The notes under the pieces were generated by a model, which did no database searches, was not told the origin of the DNA, and worked only from the letters and a program-made list of their open reading frames with translations. From positions 248,001-312,000 of the forward strand of contig JAQGDQ010000252.1 in the NCBI GenBank assembly GCA_030141605.1: 64,000 nt of DNA, written 5' to 3'. This document shows positions 28,038-41,509 of the stretch, in pieces (positions within the stretch are counted from its first letter, which is position 1; every line of letters starts with the position of its first letter). This DNA is from Tubiluchus corallicola (lineage: Eukaryota > Animalia > Priapulida). The position numbers and the translations under genes are program-made.

Positions 28038-30329
28038 TTTGTATTTTACTATTAGCTAACCTGAAAAGCAAAATGACATATTGAGAAAATAATAGGCTCT
28101 ATTTAAACAAAAGGCTTAACAAGTGATAGGCTTTCTATGTATTATACATGTATACTCTGACACATCAACAACAGATTAGCAATTTTGCAATTATAGCTGC
28201 ACCAATAACTACGTGATCAGAATATGTGTAACGTGCTCAGTCCGCAAGATTCAAAAATTTAGGTAAGTGAAAATCCAATCTTGTAATATTTAGTTTACAT
28301 CAGTCTCACGGAATTTCTGCCATAACCTGTTATTATTATTATTTTTATAGACAAGCCAATGCAATTCCATATTCATGACATGGTGTCACAATAATGCGCA
28401 GTAAATATATATACATATCTATATATAGTTGTTTAATTTTTAAAGTCCTAAGATGTATTTTTGATGGTTTTTTGTTAAGACTAAACCAACTGTGCAAGTT
28501 GAAGAAGACCAGTAAAAACATTAGAAGCACTGGTTTGGTAACATTATTATTATAATTGAGTGACAACGAATATACAGAAAAATTTTCATAGATCAGTTTC
28601 ATATCACATGAAATACATAGCTGCAGATTTAACAGCCTGGTAAATTGGTTTGATAAGTACTAAAATGATTTTCACTCAGAATTTCACAAATTGTCAGATG
28701 TGATTATAAGCAGTGCAGGGCCGGCTCTAGGTAGTTTAACACCGTAGGCAAAAATATTTTTAGCACCACCTCCTCAACGCTTTTTCTCACGATCCCTACC
28801 ACACTATACCCAAACTGAATTTTTTTTGTCTGTAATATAGTACAATGGCAACCTGTAGTAGAGTACTAATAAAGCTTGTGACTTATTTTCATTGAATTTG
28901 AAATTTAATTTATGACCCCATTATACGGGACTTCAGGAGCAACTAAAATTTCTCAATTAATTGTTGCCACGCATTCCTCATGCATTACAGTACATACTCT
29001 TGATTAGATTTTATTAGATTTAATTAGAGCTGCCAACAGACGACACTTTTCAGAGGACTACATTTTGATCAAGTCAGTAGTCATTCAAAATCATGCTTAC
29101 AGCTGCAATTACTTACATAATTACATTCTTTACATAAAGTGTTACATGCTTTTTAACAATGTATTTATGGCTGGCATTTGATTTCTATATGTCTTTGCAG
29201 TTAGTTCTATTCAGATAACAATAATTGTGATTCGGTGGCTTCTTGGCTTGTCAACTTTCCGTCATCACATTATGTCCACTATATCTATTGTAGGCAATGG
29301 GCAGGTAGAATTCTTAAACAAAAGAAATCTACCCTAAAGGCAGGTCAACACAGTACTAATCCAGCAAAAAACATGGCACTGCTATGCCAGCATTATGTTT
29401 TTTGCTTGTCAACACCACTTCCAGTGCTAAGCAAGCCACAGAGAATGTGAATTTAAATATCTTCATTTGACATAATTACTTGTGGATCTGCTAAGTAATT
29501 TAGGAATACTAATCAGATTTAATCTCAACTTTATCTTTGTAATATTTTGATGACAACAAACTTTTGTTTGCTCAACTGTTAGGATGTTCAAATTTCTCCA
29601 TTAAACTCAGCGAACTCTTAGAAATCACTCCAGAATAGTCTTCTGTTATTATTGCAACATTCTTTTCTGTGTTAACATTTGAAGAAGCATTTAAGCATGC
29701 CTGAAATACAAACATATTGGGTGAATTTATTTCTTTACAAATCATTTGATTTTTCCAGTAGTAGTTTATTATTTCATCAATTTAAGTCGCAACTTATCAC
29801 AACTGCAAGACAATACTGCTAAATTTTACAAGCCTAAATCTTCCTACATAAGCTTTTCATTGAGGAGAGGCTCCACAAATTTAGATGTCACCACAAGTTC
29901 TAGTTATGCCATTGGATGCATTCACCTCATTTGCATTTTACCTGTCACAAAAACAACACTGAAAACGACCCTGGCGGGGAACGCAGCCCGAAAGTGACAG
30001 GATGTAGCAAATGCACTGCAAGTGCTGGCTGAAAAAAAAATCTGAGCAACAAACCTTAGATTTTTTTATGAAAAAACAAAAGAAAGGAAGGAAAAAATGA
30101 TTGAAGGAAAGCAATCAGAGGAGGAATAATTTTAACAGTTTAGCTACTCATTAGCTTTTTAATTAAACAAATACAGAATGTAGAACTATAAGCAATAAAC
30201 CTACAAAGTGTTTAATTTATGAGCCAAGCATTATTGATTTTTCTCCTGCAATATAACTGAAGGCTTTTACATGCCATGCTTTTGTGATTTTTGTTCGGCT
30301 GCACGCAACTGAAAGCTGAAATTACATAG

Positions 30330-30467
30330 CCAGCGCTACTGATTTTTGCTCCTGGAAAACAACTGAATGCTTTTTTATATTATTTCTTATGTAAAACATT
30401 GTTTCTTCTAGCATTTCATTTAATGTTTTGCTGGAATGCTTTAGTGTCATTAAGCAAGGACTTACTG
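30330..30467. mobile_element. Right-end fragment of a Tc1/pogo(Tigger)-like MITE
   Basis: Ends ...TTAAGCAAGGACTTACTG|TA, and the ~130 bp upstream resemble the right end of the element at 58207-58692. Confidence 0.5.
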
Positions 30468-30746
30468 TACTTCATTAACGATTTTTTGCTGTTCGATGTC
30501 TGCAGGTATTTTATGTTTCGTTTCCTATATTACACTCCTGACAACTTAGATTTCTTATAAGTTTAATTGTCATAGAGTTATGTTGCTCTTGCAATAAAGG
30601 ATCTGCTGCTATATTAACGGTTACTTAGCTCTGCTACTCTGTGTATACATTTTCGCACAAAAAACACCAAAAATTTGTTTCATTTAGTTCCTTACTTTTC
30701 TTTTAGCTAACCATATTAGCAGCATATGGGATGCATGTATTCAATT

Positions 30747-31585
30747 AAGGGCGCTATTACACTTTCGCACCTCCTAGTTTTTTCTGGCCTATTGTTTGTT
30801 TTCACGCCTGCAGGCCCTGAACGCAGACCAACAGGGGTAATATGCACCATATTCCCATAATATTATTGGTTTTTAGGCCTTACAATTCCAGGTTAAAGTC
30901 ATACATTACTTACCGTACACGCAAGAAGCTCCACGTGAATAACTGTGTTTACACCACTAATGCGCAATCGCTCTCGCGCAGTGACGTATGTGGCCCTTAA
31001 CCTGTATTTTTAGTTTCTTTGCATAATTTATGATTATTATGGTTGCAGCCACGGGAGTTTGTATCGTATTACAGTGTTCCCTCGCTACTTCAAAAATATT
31101 AATGTGAAATATTTATCGCGGTATCTTCGCTGTTTTGATGGCATCAGAATAGTGGTAGTGATGACGATAACGATAAAAATAACACTGCAATAATGGTGGT
31201 GATAATGAGTATATATCATTAATTTTATTTATTACTGTAGTATTATTAGATTATAAAAGTAAAGGTTTTTTCTTTATTTCATAAATGCGGTTAAGATAAA
31301 AGTGTGTCACGTGCCTTTTAAGCTAGGCCCTGATAATGCATAAACTAGTACGAAATTTGTCACGTGATTACACATAAACATGATGGCGATACAAACTGTA
31401 TAGTGTAGAACTGTGAATACAACGTAATTATTGGTAATTATACACTAAATATATGAGTAAATTACCACGAGATTAGCGGAAACATTAACTGATGACGTGG
31501 GAATAATAGAATAATGACATACGAGCCTAGAAACGAGTAATAACCTAGAAAAAACTAGGAGGTGCAAAAGTGTAATAGCGCCTTC
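30747..31585. mobile_element. Non-autonomous DNA transposon, 839 bp, 39-bp TIRs, AATT TSD (Sola-like)
   Basis: Left TIR 30747-30785 AAGGGCGCTATTACACTTTCGCACCTCCTAGTTTTTTCT; right TIR 31547-31585 reverse-complements to GAAGGCGCTATTACACTTTTGCACCTCCTAGTTTTTTCT. Both ends are flanked by AATT (30743-46, 31586-89). Superfamily is inferred from the 4-bp TSD and a GAG-like consensus terminus. Confidence 0.75.
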
Positions 31586-34471
31586 AATTAAGTCGAGGTA
31601 CCTATAAGCCCAACTTTGGCATCTACGCCCAAGCCTGCCTAGTGATTAATATAATAATAATATAATATAAGTTATGACAAGTGAAGTAATACAGGTGTAG
31701 TTTAACCTTTGCCTAGGCGACTTTTAATAGTTTAAAATTGTTAAAAAACCATCAACTAGAAGAATAATTACTCGCCTTATAGTGGTGAATCCGTAATATA
31801 GTAAACTAGTCAATTTTTTTATAACAATCAAAACAATTCTCTAATCATAGCACAAGAACTTTATTCAAAAACCTAAATAGCCATTACTGAAATCTAAATT
31901 TGAATATGGGAAATCCGTTACAACATTTTTACTGATAAAGCTCATTTTTAAAAACAATAAAATACTCTGACTCTTAACCATAGATATAGTTTATGCCTGT
32001 TAATATTATTCCGTGACGCATGATCAAGTTTTTCTACGCCTTTATTCTAAGAAGTTAGGCTGATTTTAATGTTTGCAAAAAGGCTAGAAGTATTTAGTAT
32101 TAAAAGTGTGACAAGCGTCTTGTATAATTGCTAAAATCACTTTAAAGTCGTGATCATTTCACGTTTGGGTCATTCCCTTCTTCCAGTAATGAAATCGTTC
32201 ATTGGCTGAACAAAGGAAGCTTATTGTCAATTTCCCACAGGAGTATGACGTTTTTGCAAAAAAAAAAATAGATAGCTAATTTTCGTTGTATTTTGCATGA
32301 ACACTATTTAGGCAAGCTGCAAAAGTTTGAATAATTATTTTAAGCAGCATGCAATTACCGAAAACGATGTTGTCCCTACGAAAAATCATAAAGTATGCCA
32401 GTCAAGCCACAATTTCAAGTGAATGGCGGCAACTACCATGCCTGAAAGTTTCTACACAGCAGTAGTATAAATTAGCTTTAGGCTTTTTCACAACGTTGTT
32501 GCAAGTTACTTTGTTATACATTTCTAAATTTTGGTGATAGCTGTAAAATAAACCCAACATACTAAGCAGCTGCTCCATTCTAACAACTTATCTAATTTTA
32601 GGTTCTGTAGGAATTATAATATCCTAGCAATGGTATTTGGCTACCAGCAGCACATATACAGGGGCAAATTATAGGAAATCAATTTATGCAGCCTTGCACG
32701 CCAGAATAGATGACTAACAGTTACTAAAAATCAAGTGATGAAATTTGAAAATGCTTTGCCAAATACAATAAGAATTTTATAATTAAAGGATCAAAAAGCC
32801 AAATATACTGCTTGGGAAATTTCAAATTGGGTTTATTAGAACATTTAAATGCCTGCAAAAAAATCATAGACAGATTGGGCAATAAGCATGTGATATTCAC
32901 CTTGTGTACACGGTAAGATCACTTTAAAGTTGCAATCATTTCATCCTGGGCATGCTAATTTTGAATGCTCAGTTTTCAGTCAGTTATCGCATTCGCCAGA
33001 TAAAGAAAGCAGGCTTGCAGTGTCAAAGGCATACACAAAAAAAACTGCTGTTTCTGTAATATTTCTTTGTGGACTTTAGATAAAGCACAAAAGTTTAGTT
33101 TAAATGACGTGCAACCAAGAAAAGCCATAATATATTTAATTGCAAATGCCACGAAGTGAGCTATAAATTACTATAATTGTGTCACAATTTTGAGGCAGCT
33201 CCCACTTTTTAATACAGGTATTGTACAAATTAATGTTATGTTTTGTGATTTGTCTTTTACTTTAGTATGTGCTAATCATTGCATTGTAATACCAAACTGC
33301 GACAGTAAACTATGCATGACTGGCATATTTTATACATTTATTGGATGCTCAGTGCTTACTGCTTAGTGTTCAAAACTTTGTCGTGATAGTCAATAAAATA
33401 ACTTAACCTGTGCAGCAGCAGGTGTGGTCGTTCCTTTATGGTTCTTTTTCAACGTAAATTGTTTGCGGTTTTACATGCTATCGATTTTCCTTACAGAAAA
33501 TGTAATTTTTATAATAATTGTCTACCGATGTTTGGTTTGAATAAACTGGTTTACATATAAGTCGACAGGTAAAATTGTACTAACATAGTCTGTGAGTTGT
33601 TACAAACTGAACAGAGGGCGTTGAGCAGTGACGTTTAGCAATATGATTATGAATGAGACTAAATAGTTGTTAGAAGATTTTTAGAGTTGGGGAATGATGA
33701 AGGATTAAAGTGTTGGCACTCACTTACAATTAACAAACAGCGAGATTTATGTCCTTTGTGTTGCTGTTGTTGCCACTCGAAAGTTAAGACAGCAATTTTT
33801 TATTTAGTCATACCCAACCCGCCGGCCCACCAAGAAAAAGTAATAGTACTACTGATAATTTCTATCATCATTTGGTATAGGCTTATTGCTTCTGGTAGTT
33901 TCTTTCTTGAAGTGCTTAGATAAGATATATACACATCTGAACGTCATAGCTACACACTGCTGTTGGGTTGGTGTCATCTCAGAAGATTATTTTTGGAAAT
34001 AAGTTAAGTTCTCTTCCCTCTCCGCCTGACTGCTGGATTCCCGGCTTTCAGAATACCAAATTGTTTAAAACAAACTGCTAAAAGTTCAGTCAATAGAGTT
34101 AGATGGCTAATTCACAGCTGAATGCATGCAAAGCCTTGATCTGGGGTCCTAAATTCTGTTCTTTGTGTCCTTTCTAGAGTCAGTTAGTGTAGTGTTTTTC
34201 ACCAGTTTCATCCTCTTTAAGGGGGGGAGGGTTATTGTATGACGCAACAAAGCCGAACATGAGATCAGATAAGCCTAAAAATTATAATGACTAATTTGAG
34301 TTTTACTTGCTGACAAAAAATAATAACTTTACTATGTCTTACAGAGTTTTCTTATGATTCTTAGTGCTAACAAGTCAAAAGTGAAATTTATTTTTAGCCT
34401 GGCTGTTTGGGTGACTCGTATGCTGTTTATTGCATTTGTCATCAACTCATATTATTGAATTTATAATCATC

Positions 34472-37400
34472 ATGTCACTAAGCCGCAAAGAAGAGGTGGA
34501 AAGGAAGAAGGCAAAGTTGGAGGCAATGAGGAGAGCAAAACAACAGCAACAAAAAAAGGTATGACAAAGAATGCTTCAGTAAGTTAAGTTATCTGTGTAC
34601 TCACACATTAGTTGTCCAGTTCGTATTTGCATTTTATGTGTTAAAGGCAAAGTGTGGAAGAGGCTGTTATGTAGAATGCCTCAAGGCCTTTTTTGGTGCA
34701 GCAAACAAATCAGGTAAAGTGTCTAAAATAATTTCTTCTACACTTTTCCTAGACATTACATGTTACAAAAAGTTTTATTAGGTTAAAACTTGTAGACCTA
34801 ATGATTTTGCTTTGGATATACTGTTCCTAGGCATTTTATAGAATGTTGAATAAATTTTAGGTAATGTGAAAGTAAAACAATTAATCAATTATTTTCATGC
34901 AATTTTCATAGGGATTTTATATAAGGCCAATTTTGTTCTAGAGAATTGTCGAAACAAGTCGTGTTTTACGTACTTGAAATCTGTGCGTTACAGGCGGTAA
35001 CTAGCATTTCAAGCAAATGTTCAAGTTGCATGATTGTTTATTCACAGCTGCTGTCTACTGTAGATGTTGTGTTCTTGGATCCATTACAAAACTTCGGGAT
35101 CCGTAAAGCTTGATCATGTTGTTGACACATTTGTCTTTGAAAGCTATCATAGGACACAGTTTTAAAAACTAGTAGGCTTGAGTTTTTGCATGTAGATGCT
35201 ACGGTTCATTGCACAAACCGTAACGGAGCCTGATTTCTCTTTAAATGGATCACACTAATTAAATAAGTCTGGCCTATAAGTCGTTCCATGGTTGGTTTTC
35301 TTTCATTCTAATGTATTAATGGATCTGCCCGGAATATGCAATTCTTATATTTTGATGAAATAAGTAACCATGACAACAGTAAACACTTTATATGATTTTC
35401 TTATGGAAACCATTAACTGAAAAAGAAGAACATGTCAGAGCAAAACACATTAGTACTTCCTTTCTGGTTGCATTTCATATAGGATGGATGCAGAAGACCT
35501 TAACTACTCTATGCTTAAAAGGAAAGAATGATTTTACATTGATTTAGGAAAGGGCACGGAAATAAAACAATGAACAAGCTTTTCTAAGTAACGAAAAATA
35601 CCAGCATTTGATTAATCGTGTAAACGATTTTAATATCATGACGAAAAAGTATGCTTCTCCTTATTGCCTATGGTGTATGATGTTGGTTGCTCCAACAGCT
35701 AAGCAATAATATAACACCCTGAATAAGAAGGAAATGCTACTAGAATGTGAATTGCTTGACATACTTTGTGATACACGTATACGCATATGTCAATTGTACA
35801 ATCCCATAATTATTCTAAATTCGATTACTATGTCATTTACTTGTTGCCACTGTGTTTATAAGAGCTTTTTAGAATTCCGATAAAATGATTAACTCGCCTG
35901 TTTTCTTGAACTCCTTGCTTAATTTAATACATTGACTAAGCTGTTTTATGCATTCTATACAGTGCTTATTGTGTGAAAAGCCAAATAAGAGTCGGATTTA
36001 TCACGAATTATGTTCATTTTATGCTTTGCCAAAGCTAATTTTGCATTCTGTATAGGTCCTAGCTATGGCTATTGTACAAAATGTGTAGGTAAAACGTGGA
36101 AAACCGTCTTGGTAATGCAGCAGCAAAAACACTTATTTCACACTTTTTCTGAAATGTAATAGGTGTTATATGAAATGTCTAGGAATTCTATACAATGTCT
36201 AAATGTTACACATTGCCTGTAATCTGTGTACACCAGAGACTTTCTAATAGTAGACATTGATTGGATACAAAATCGTCAGAAGGTTTAGCAGAGTTTCACA
36301 AAACTTGAAAATTGCACACATCAGACTTCGAACACTTTTTTCGATGCCAGCTTTTAGCCAACTTATAATTAATACTAACTTTGATTTAAATTTTGATCAT
36401 AGTAATTTTGACTTCATCAGTGACTGAGTGACCCTAGACGCATTTCAGTTTTTTGTTGATCGTCTTTTGTTAATCGGCTTTTTCTGTTTAAATGTCAAAT
36501 CTGCTTCTTGCCATCTTGCAGCCCGAAGAGTCGACACTGGCAAGCGCTTTGCAAGAAAAGGGTGATATTCGATCAGAAACGGAGGAATTGTTAAAATCGT
36601 TAGGTGTTCCTCTGCATGAAGGTAAGTTATTTAAATTGTGTCGAGCTTAAGTCTTATGGTCAGTTGAGTGATTTAAAGTCTTCTCTCTTCTTCTTCCTCT
36701 TCAGCTCTGTTGAATGCTTCACTATGTGTATGAGTTTGATGCTGTACTTAGTTGATTATTAAGTCATTTTGGATAAAAATGTTGCAGCGGAAGCCTTATA
36801 AGCCTTTCTGGAGGGCTCTGTCAGCTCTTCGATTTCAGCATATTCTATTAATGGTGCATTGTGAGCAGTTTGAATAACTAATAAAGAAAAATTTTCTGTT
36901 ATACCTTTATTGCTATTTTGTTTGAGTATGTGATGTCTTGCTAGTGATTGTAAAAATTGTAAAAAAGTATTTAAAAAACAGAAGTTTCATTTACATTTGA
37001 GCAAGATAACATAAACATAATGCACCATTTCTGAATTTAGCAAATTCATTTTCATAATTAGGTGTGACTTCAAAGCAAGATGTTTTGTCAGCTGGAACCG
37101 CAGCAAGTGAGAGTAGTCAGGTATCATCTACGGCGGCAAGCATGACGAGTGAATCCGGTGATGTCACACAACTATCGGCAACAGCAAGGTAGGTTGACTG
37201 TCGTGTATCTTATTTTTGGTGCTAGAGGGACACTGGTTACATTTTTTGTGCTGTTTCGATTAAAACAGAAGAAAACGCAGTTTAACGTATATCCGAGAAA
37301 ACTTTGCTTAGCTAGTTATTTCCAAACTCTACACAATATTATCTTAAACTTATTTCAAACGAGTTACCATTAAAATGGCTGTGCTAATGGTCATCGCGGC

Positions 37401-40400
37401 AGTTTAAATTTTTCAAGCTTTGTACACCTTTGTACAGCACAAGTTAATACAAGCTCCATGCGCAATAAGACAATATATAGCATGTATATAATACAAAATT
37501 TCCAGACAATTTTTTCAGCTTTATGTTTCTTGTCCTTTAATTGGATGGGTAATCAATGCGATAATTGATTATAATCAGTTTTCAGGCTGTCACAAAAAAG
37601 CAGGTGAGCATCTAAGTGGCAATTCTAGTGTGCTAAGTTACTACATAAAGTTACTTTGGTAAAAAAGTTACTTTGTTTTACCACAATGACAGCTATATTT
37701 CTTCTAAGATCTTTGTGAATTTTCTAAAAAATGAGGTGAAAATGGCATTGGTACAATAGATTTCCATTGGCAGCTGTCAGAACGAAATAATTGATGATCG
37801 GAAATAAAACCCAATTCCTAATCCTGGGAGATGTATTACTTTTGTGTAAACTAACTTGGTACTTGTAACATTTTGCAGTTATGTGATGTTTCTTTGTGAA
37901 AAACAGCGTTTGCATCGTTACTCGTTACATGTTACTTTTCCGTTCAGTAAGCATTGTGTGTGTGCAATACTGCTGAACATTTATTTTTCCAATTTAGTGA
38001 ATTTAATTTATATGCAGTTATTCAGAAGTTACTGAAAAAAGGTAACATGTTATCAGTAACTGCATTTACTATCAATTAACTGTTACAGTACTGCATACGT
38101 CTGCTAACTCTACAGCAGACTCTAGTTTCCTAAGTTTCTAGACTCAAGTTCCTTGCCCAATAGACTTTCATTGAAAAACCTGGTTGGGGTCACACGATTG
38201 ATTAGGTTAGAGTTAAACTAATCAATAGTTACTTGTTATTTTTAGCCCTGCTCATAGGCCGAGGCTAGGCCTTTCTAAGGTGACACAAACTAACATTCCG
38301 CCAAGAGAACAAGTGACATACTGCAAACAGACACAGACACCAGGGGAACAAATTGATAAACCATCAGGTCAGTATCTCTTCGCCCATATTCAGTACATAA
38401 ACTGTTGTTTACTTACATAGTAGAACTAATGAATAACCGACTTTTGATCACTTGTTTTTTCTTTCTGCTGAGAGAGAGATTGGTGAACTAGTCGTAACCA
38501 GCTTTGTGCAGTTTTTTTATGTTTTCCTGGACTAGGCTCTATGTTAATTTTGTAGTGGCTGGTTAGGAGGCAAGGAGTAGCATGTAGGAAAGTTTAATTA
38601 CTGAATGATGATAGCAGCTGATACAAAGACAACTTTTACTTACGTATTAGTAATTAAGTGAATATGGACATAATAGGGCTCCTGTTTGGTATTTTTTGAT
38701 AGGCTGCTTAATTTTGAATATGTTGCTGGGCACGCTGGTAGCTATAGACTTTTGTTATAACAAAAGTTTTCAAAAAATATATGACTGCAATGACATGGCC
38801 CTGAAACTGTGTTTTATTCTGAATTTTATAATGTAGTCAAATTATCACAAAAAACTCCATAACTTAGCCCAGTTCTTTGAAGCCACACAAAAACATAATA
38901 TTGAAATTGCAATAAACTTCAGATGCGAAAGGTTCAAATTAAAACAACATTCCTTTGTCATTTCTTTCTTTCTTACCAAAGGAAGCTCATTGGATTACTA
39001 CGGTGAGTTGAGATATATAACGTCACCTGATGTGTGACTTCATGCACCGAATCCTGTATTGTAATCGCCGTAGATGTATTACAGAGCTTTGCCTATTATG
39101 TCTTACTTTGCAGTTTTTTGTTGCACTTTGTTTGAGTCATATTTTCTTTCACTCTGCATGGCCACATCACTAGTAATTTCTTTATCAGTTTTAAAACCAA
39201 CTAGAAATCTGTCAGTAGGACAATTGTATTAGAAAAATAAGAACTGTAAGCAAAAGCATTTTTGATGCTATAGTTTTTATATTTTTATCATCAAATGTTT
39301 TAAATGATTGATTTCTTTACATCTGTCTGTGATTGTACTATGTAAATTTTTGGACATGCAACTGATATATTTATGTGTGAGCAACTTTTAGCACAGTTTT
39401 CTGTAAAAACCTTTAGATCATCCAGTCAGTCAATTGTTTGTCAACTTTTGAAAAGCAATACATTGTAGAATGAAGCATGCGAATTTCATAGAAAAGTCAA
39501 ATAAAGTGAAATCCAAGGTAAAAGTTGATGTCAAACTCACATAAAATTATACCATTTTATGATCTTATAATTATTACTGAGAAGGTCATTTCATTTTTAT
39601 AAGAATCTTCTGTAGAAGGATTCACATACCACTTTTATGTAATTATAAATGACTTATCTAAGCAAAGAATGACATTTTTTCTGCTTGGTCATTTATAGTA
39701 ATTGATCTTTTCTTTAGTATTATTTTTATAGTGTTTAAATAGTTTTTAGTTTCATTTAATAACTTTGTGAGAACTTTTAAAGGAAAAGCCAAGGCTTTTG
39801 TGAAGTTGAGCTTATTTTAATATTTGAGAAAAGTGTTAGAAAGTTTCAGCAGTAAAATTGTGATAAATGCCTCGTAATGCCTGATTAGTAAAGTCACTTG
39901 AAAGTCACGATCATTTCATGCTTGGCGCATTCGTTTTAAAAGAAAAGTGACGTCATGCGGTTACTGTGCACCTATCCTGCGAGTTTAAATTTTTACTGTT
40001 ACAAATTACTATTATCAACTATCCAAAATGTTAAACAAGAGATTATTAATACTATTTTTTTTGCTTGCCCACTGTGTAATGAAAAGCACACCCAGTGTGT
40101 AATGAAAAGAACTGCATGCTTGTCTGAAACTCAATAAACATCTGTAATTTGATTAAGTATATTTTTATCACTCATGCATTTTGAGGTGTAATCCTATGGA
40201 TTAAAGTTATATTAGCACTTTAAAGTTGTTGCTGATTGTTCAGTGACCAAGTTTTTACTTAAATATAGTTAAGCACAAAGATTTAGTCAGCTAGAATAGC
40301 AGAATTTCTGACTGAACTGTGCAAGTTTTGCTACACATGCCTTTATGCTGTCCACCAGCTTACATCTTTTATTTCAAATATGTCTGCTGGGAGGTTCATT

Positions 40401-41440
40401 TGGCGGGATGTAAGAATTATTTAAATTTCTTTTGCTTTTTAAGGTAATTTCAATATTTTTATTGTATATTAAAATCAAATGAACGTTGTTGAGCGCCTTT
40501 TCCTTTAACCATTTGAAATTTTATTATGCTGCTTGTTTCAAACCGTGATTGTTAAAGTGACGAGTAGTTTTTATAGAATGTGACGTTTGTGACTTTTGAG
40601 AACTGTATGCTGACAGTATGTAGTGAATTTCACCAGAAGCATTTTTTGCACTTTTGATATCACAGAAAACCTCAAAAATGTGCACGTTCACTTTTATTTG
40701 TGTGTATGAACTTCCTTTGTCAAAGGCGCGATTGATTTTTGGATAGATGAAAATCTGAGCTCCGTTGTTCTATAAGCATGTAGTGGAGCACACATTTTCC
40801 ATTGTCATGTCTTTATTTTTAACTTGTCAAGTCATTGTACAAATCAGGCTGTGGCAAGTTAGTTACTCCAACAGTAAACATGACAATTTAATATCTCATA
40901 AATTTCGTCTGAGTTCTGCCATGACAGACAACTATTTAGATAACTTGCAGTTTTTTCATTTGCCAAGGATTACCTTTGCCTGTTTCTCTTGTCCTTGTTC
41001 CTGCTTTTTTCACTTCCCTCTCGTTTTCTCTTTCATTTTCCTTTTGCTTCTCTGTCTCTTGCCACCTTCATTGCTTGTCTTGCCATCTTTTCTCTCTTGG
41101 TCATACTCTCTCTTTTCCTTTTGTTTTTTCTTTCATCTTTTTCTACTTTTTGTGTTTCTCTTCCTTTTTTGTCTTCAGTCTTTGTCTTCAGTCTTTTTGT
41201 CTTCCTTTTGTACCTTTACTTTCTTTCTCTCTCATTTTCTCTTTCTCACCTTCACCTTTTCTATTTTTGTTCTCACCTCTTTGTTCATTTTTTCTTCTCT
41301 CCTTTTCTCTCTAATCTCTCCCTCTCTCTTCCCTCTTTTTCTATCTGTCTGTCTATCTGTCTCTTCGTTTGTCTGTCTATCTTTCTGTCTGTCTGCCTGC
41401 CTGCCTGCCTGCCTATGTATGTATGTATCTGTCTGTCTGA

Positions 41441-41509
<69 letters not shown>

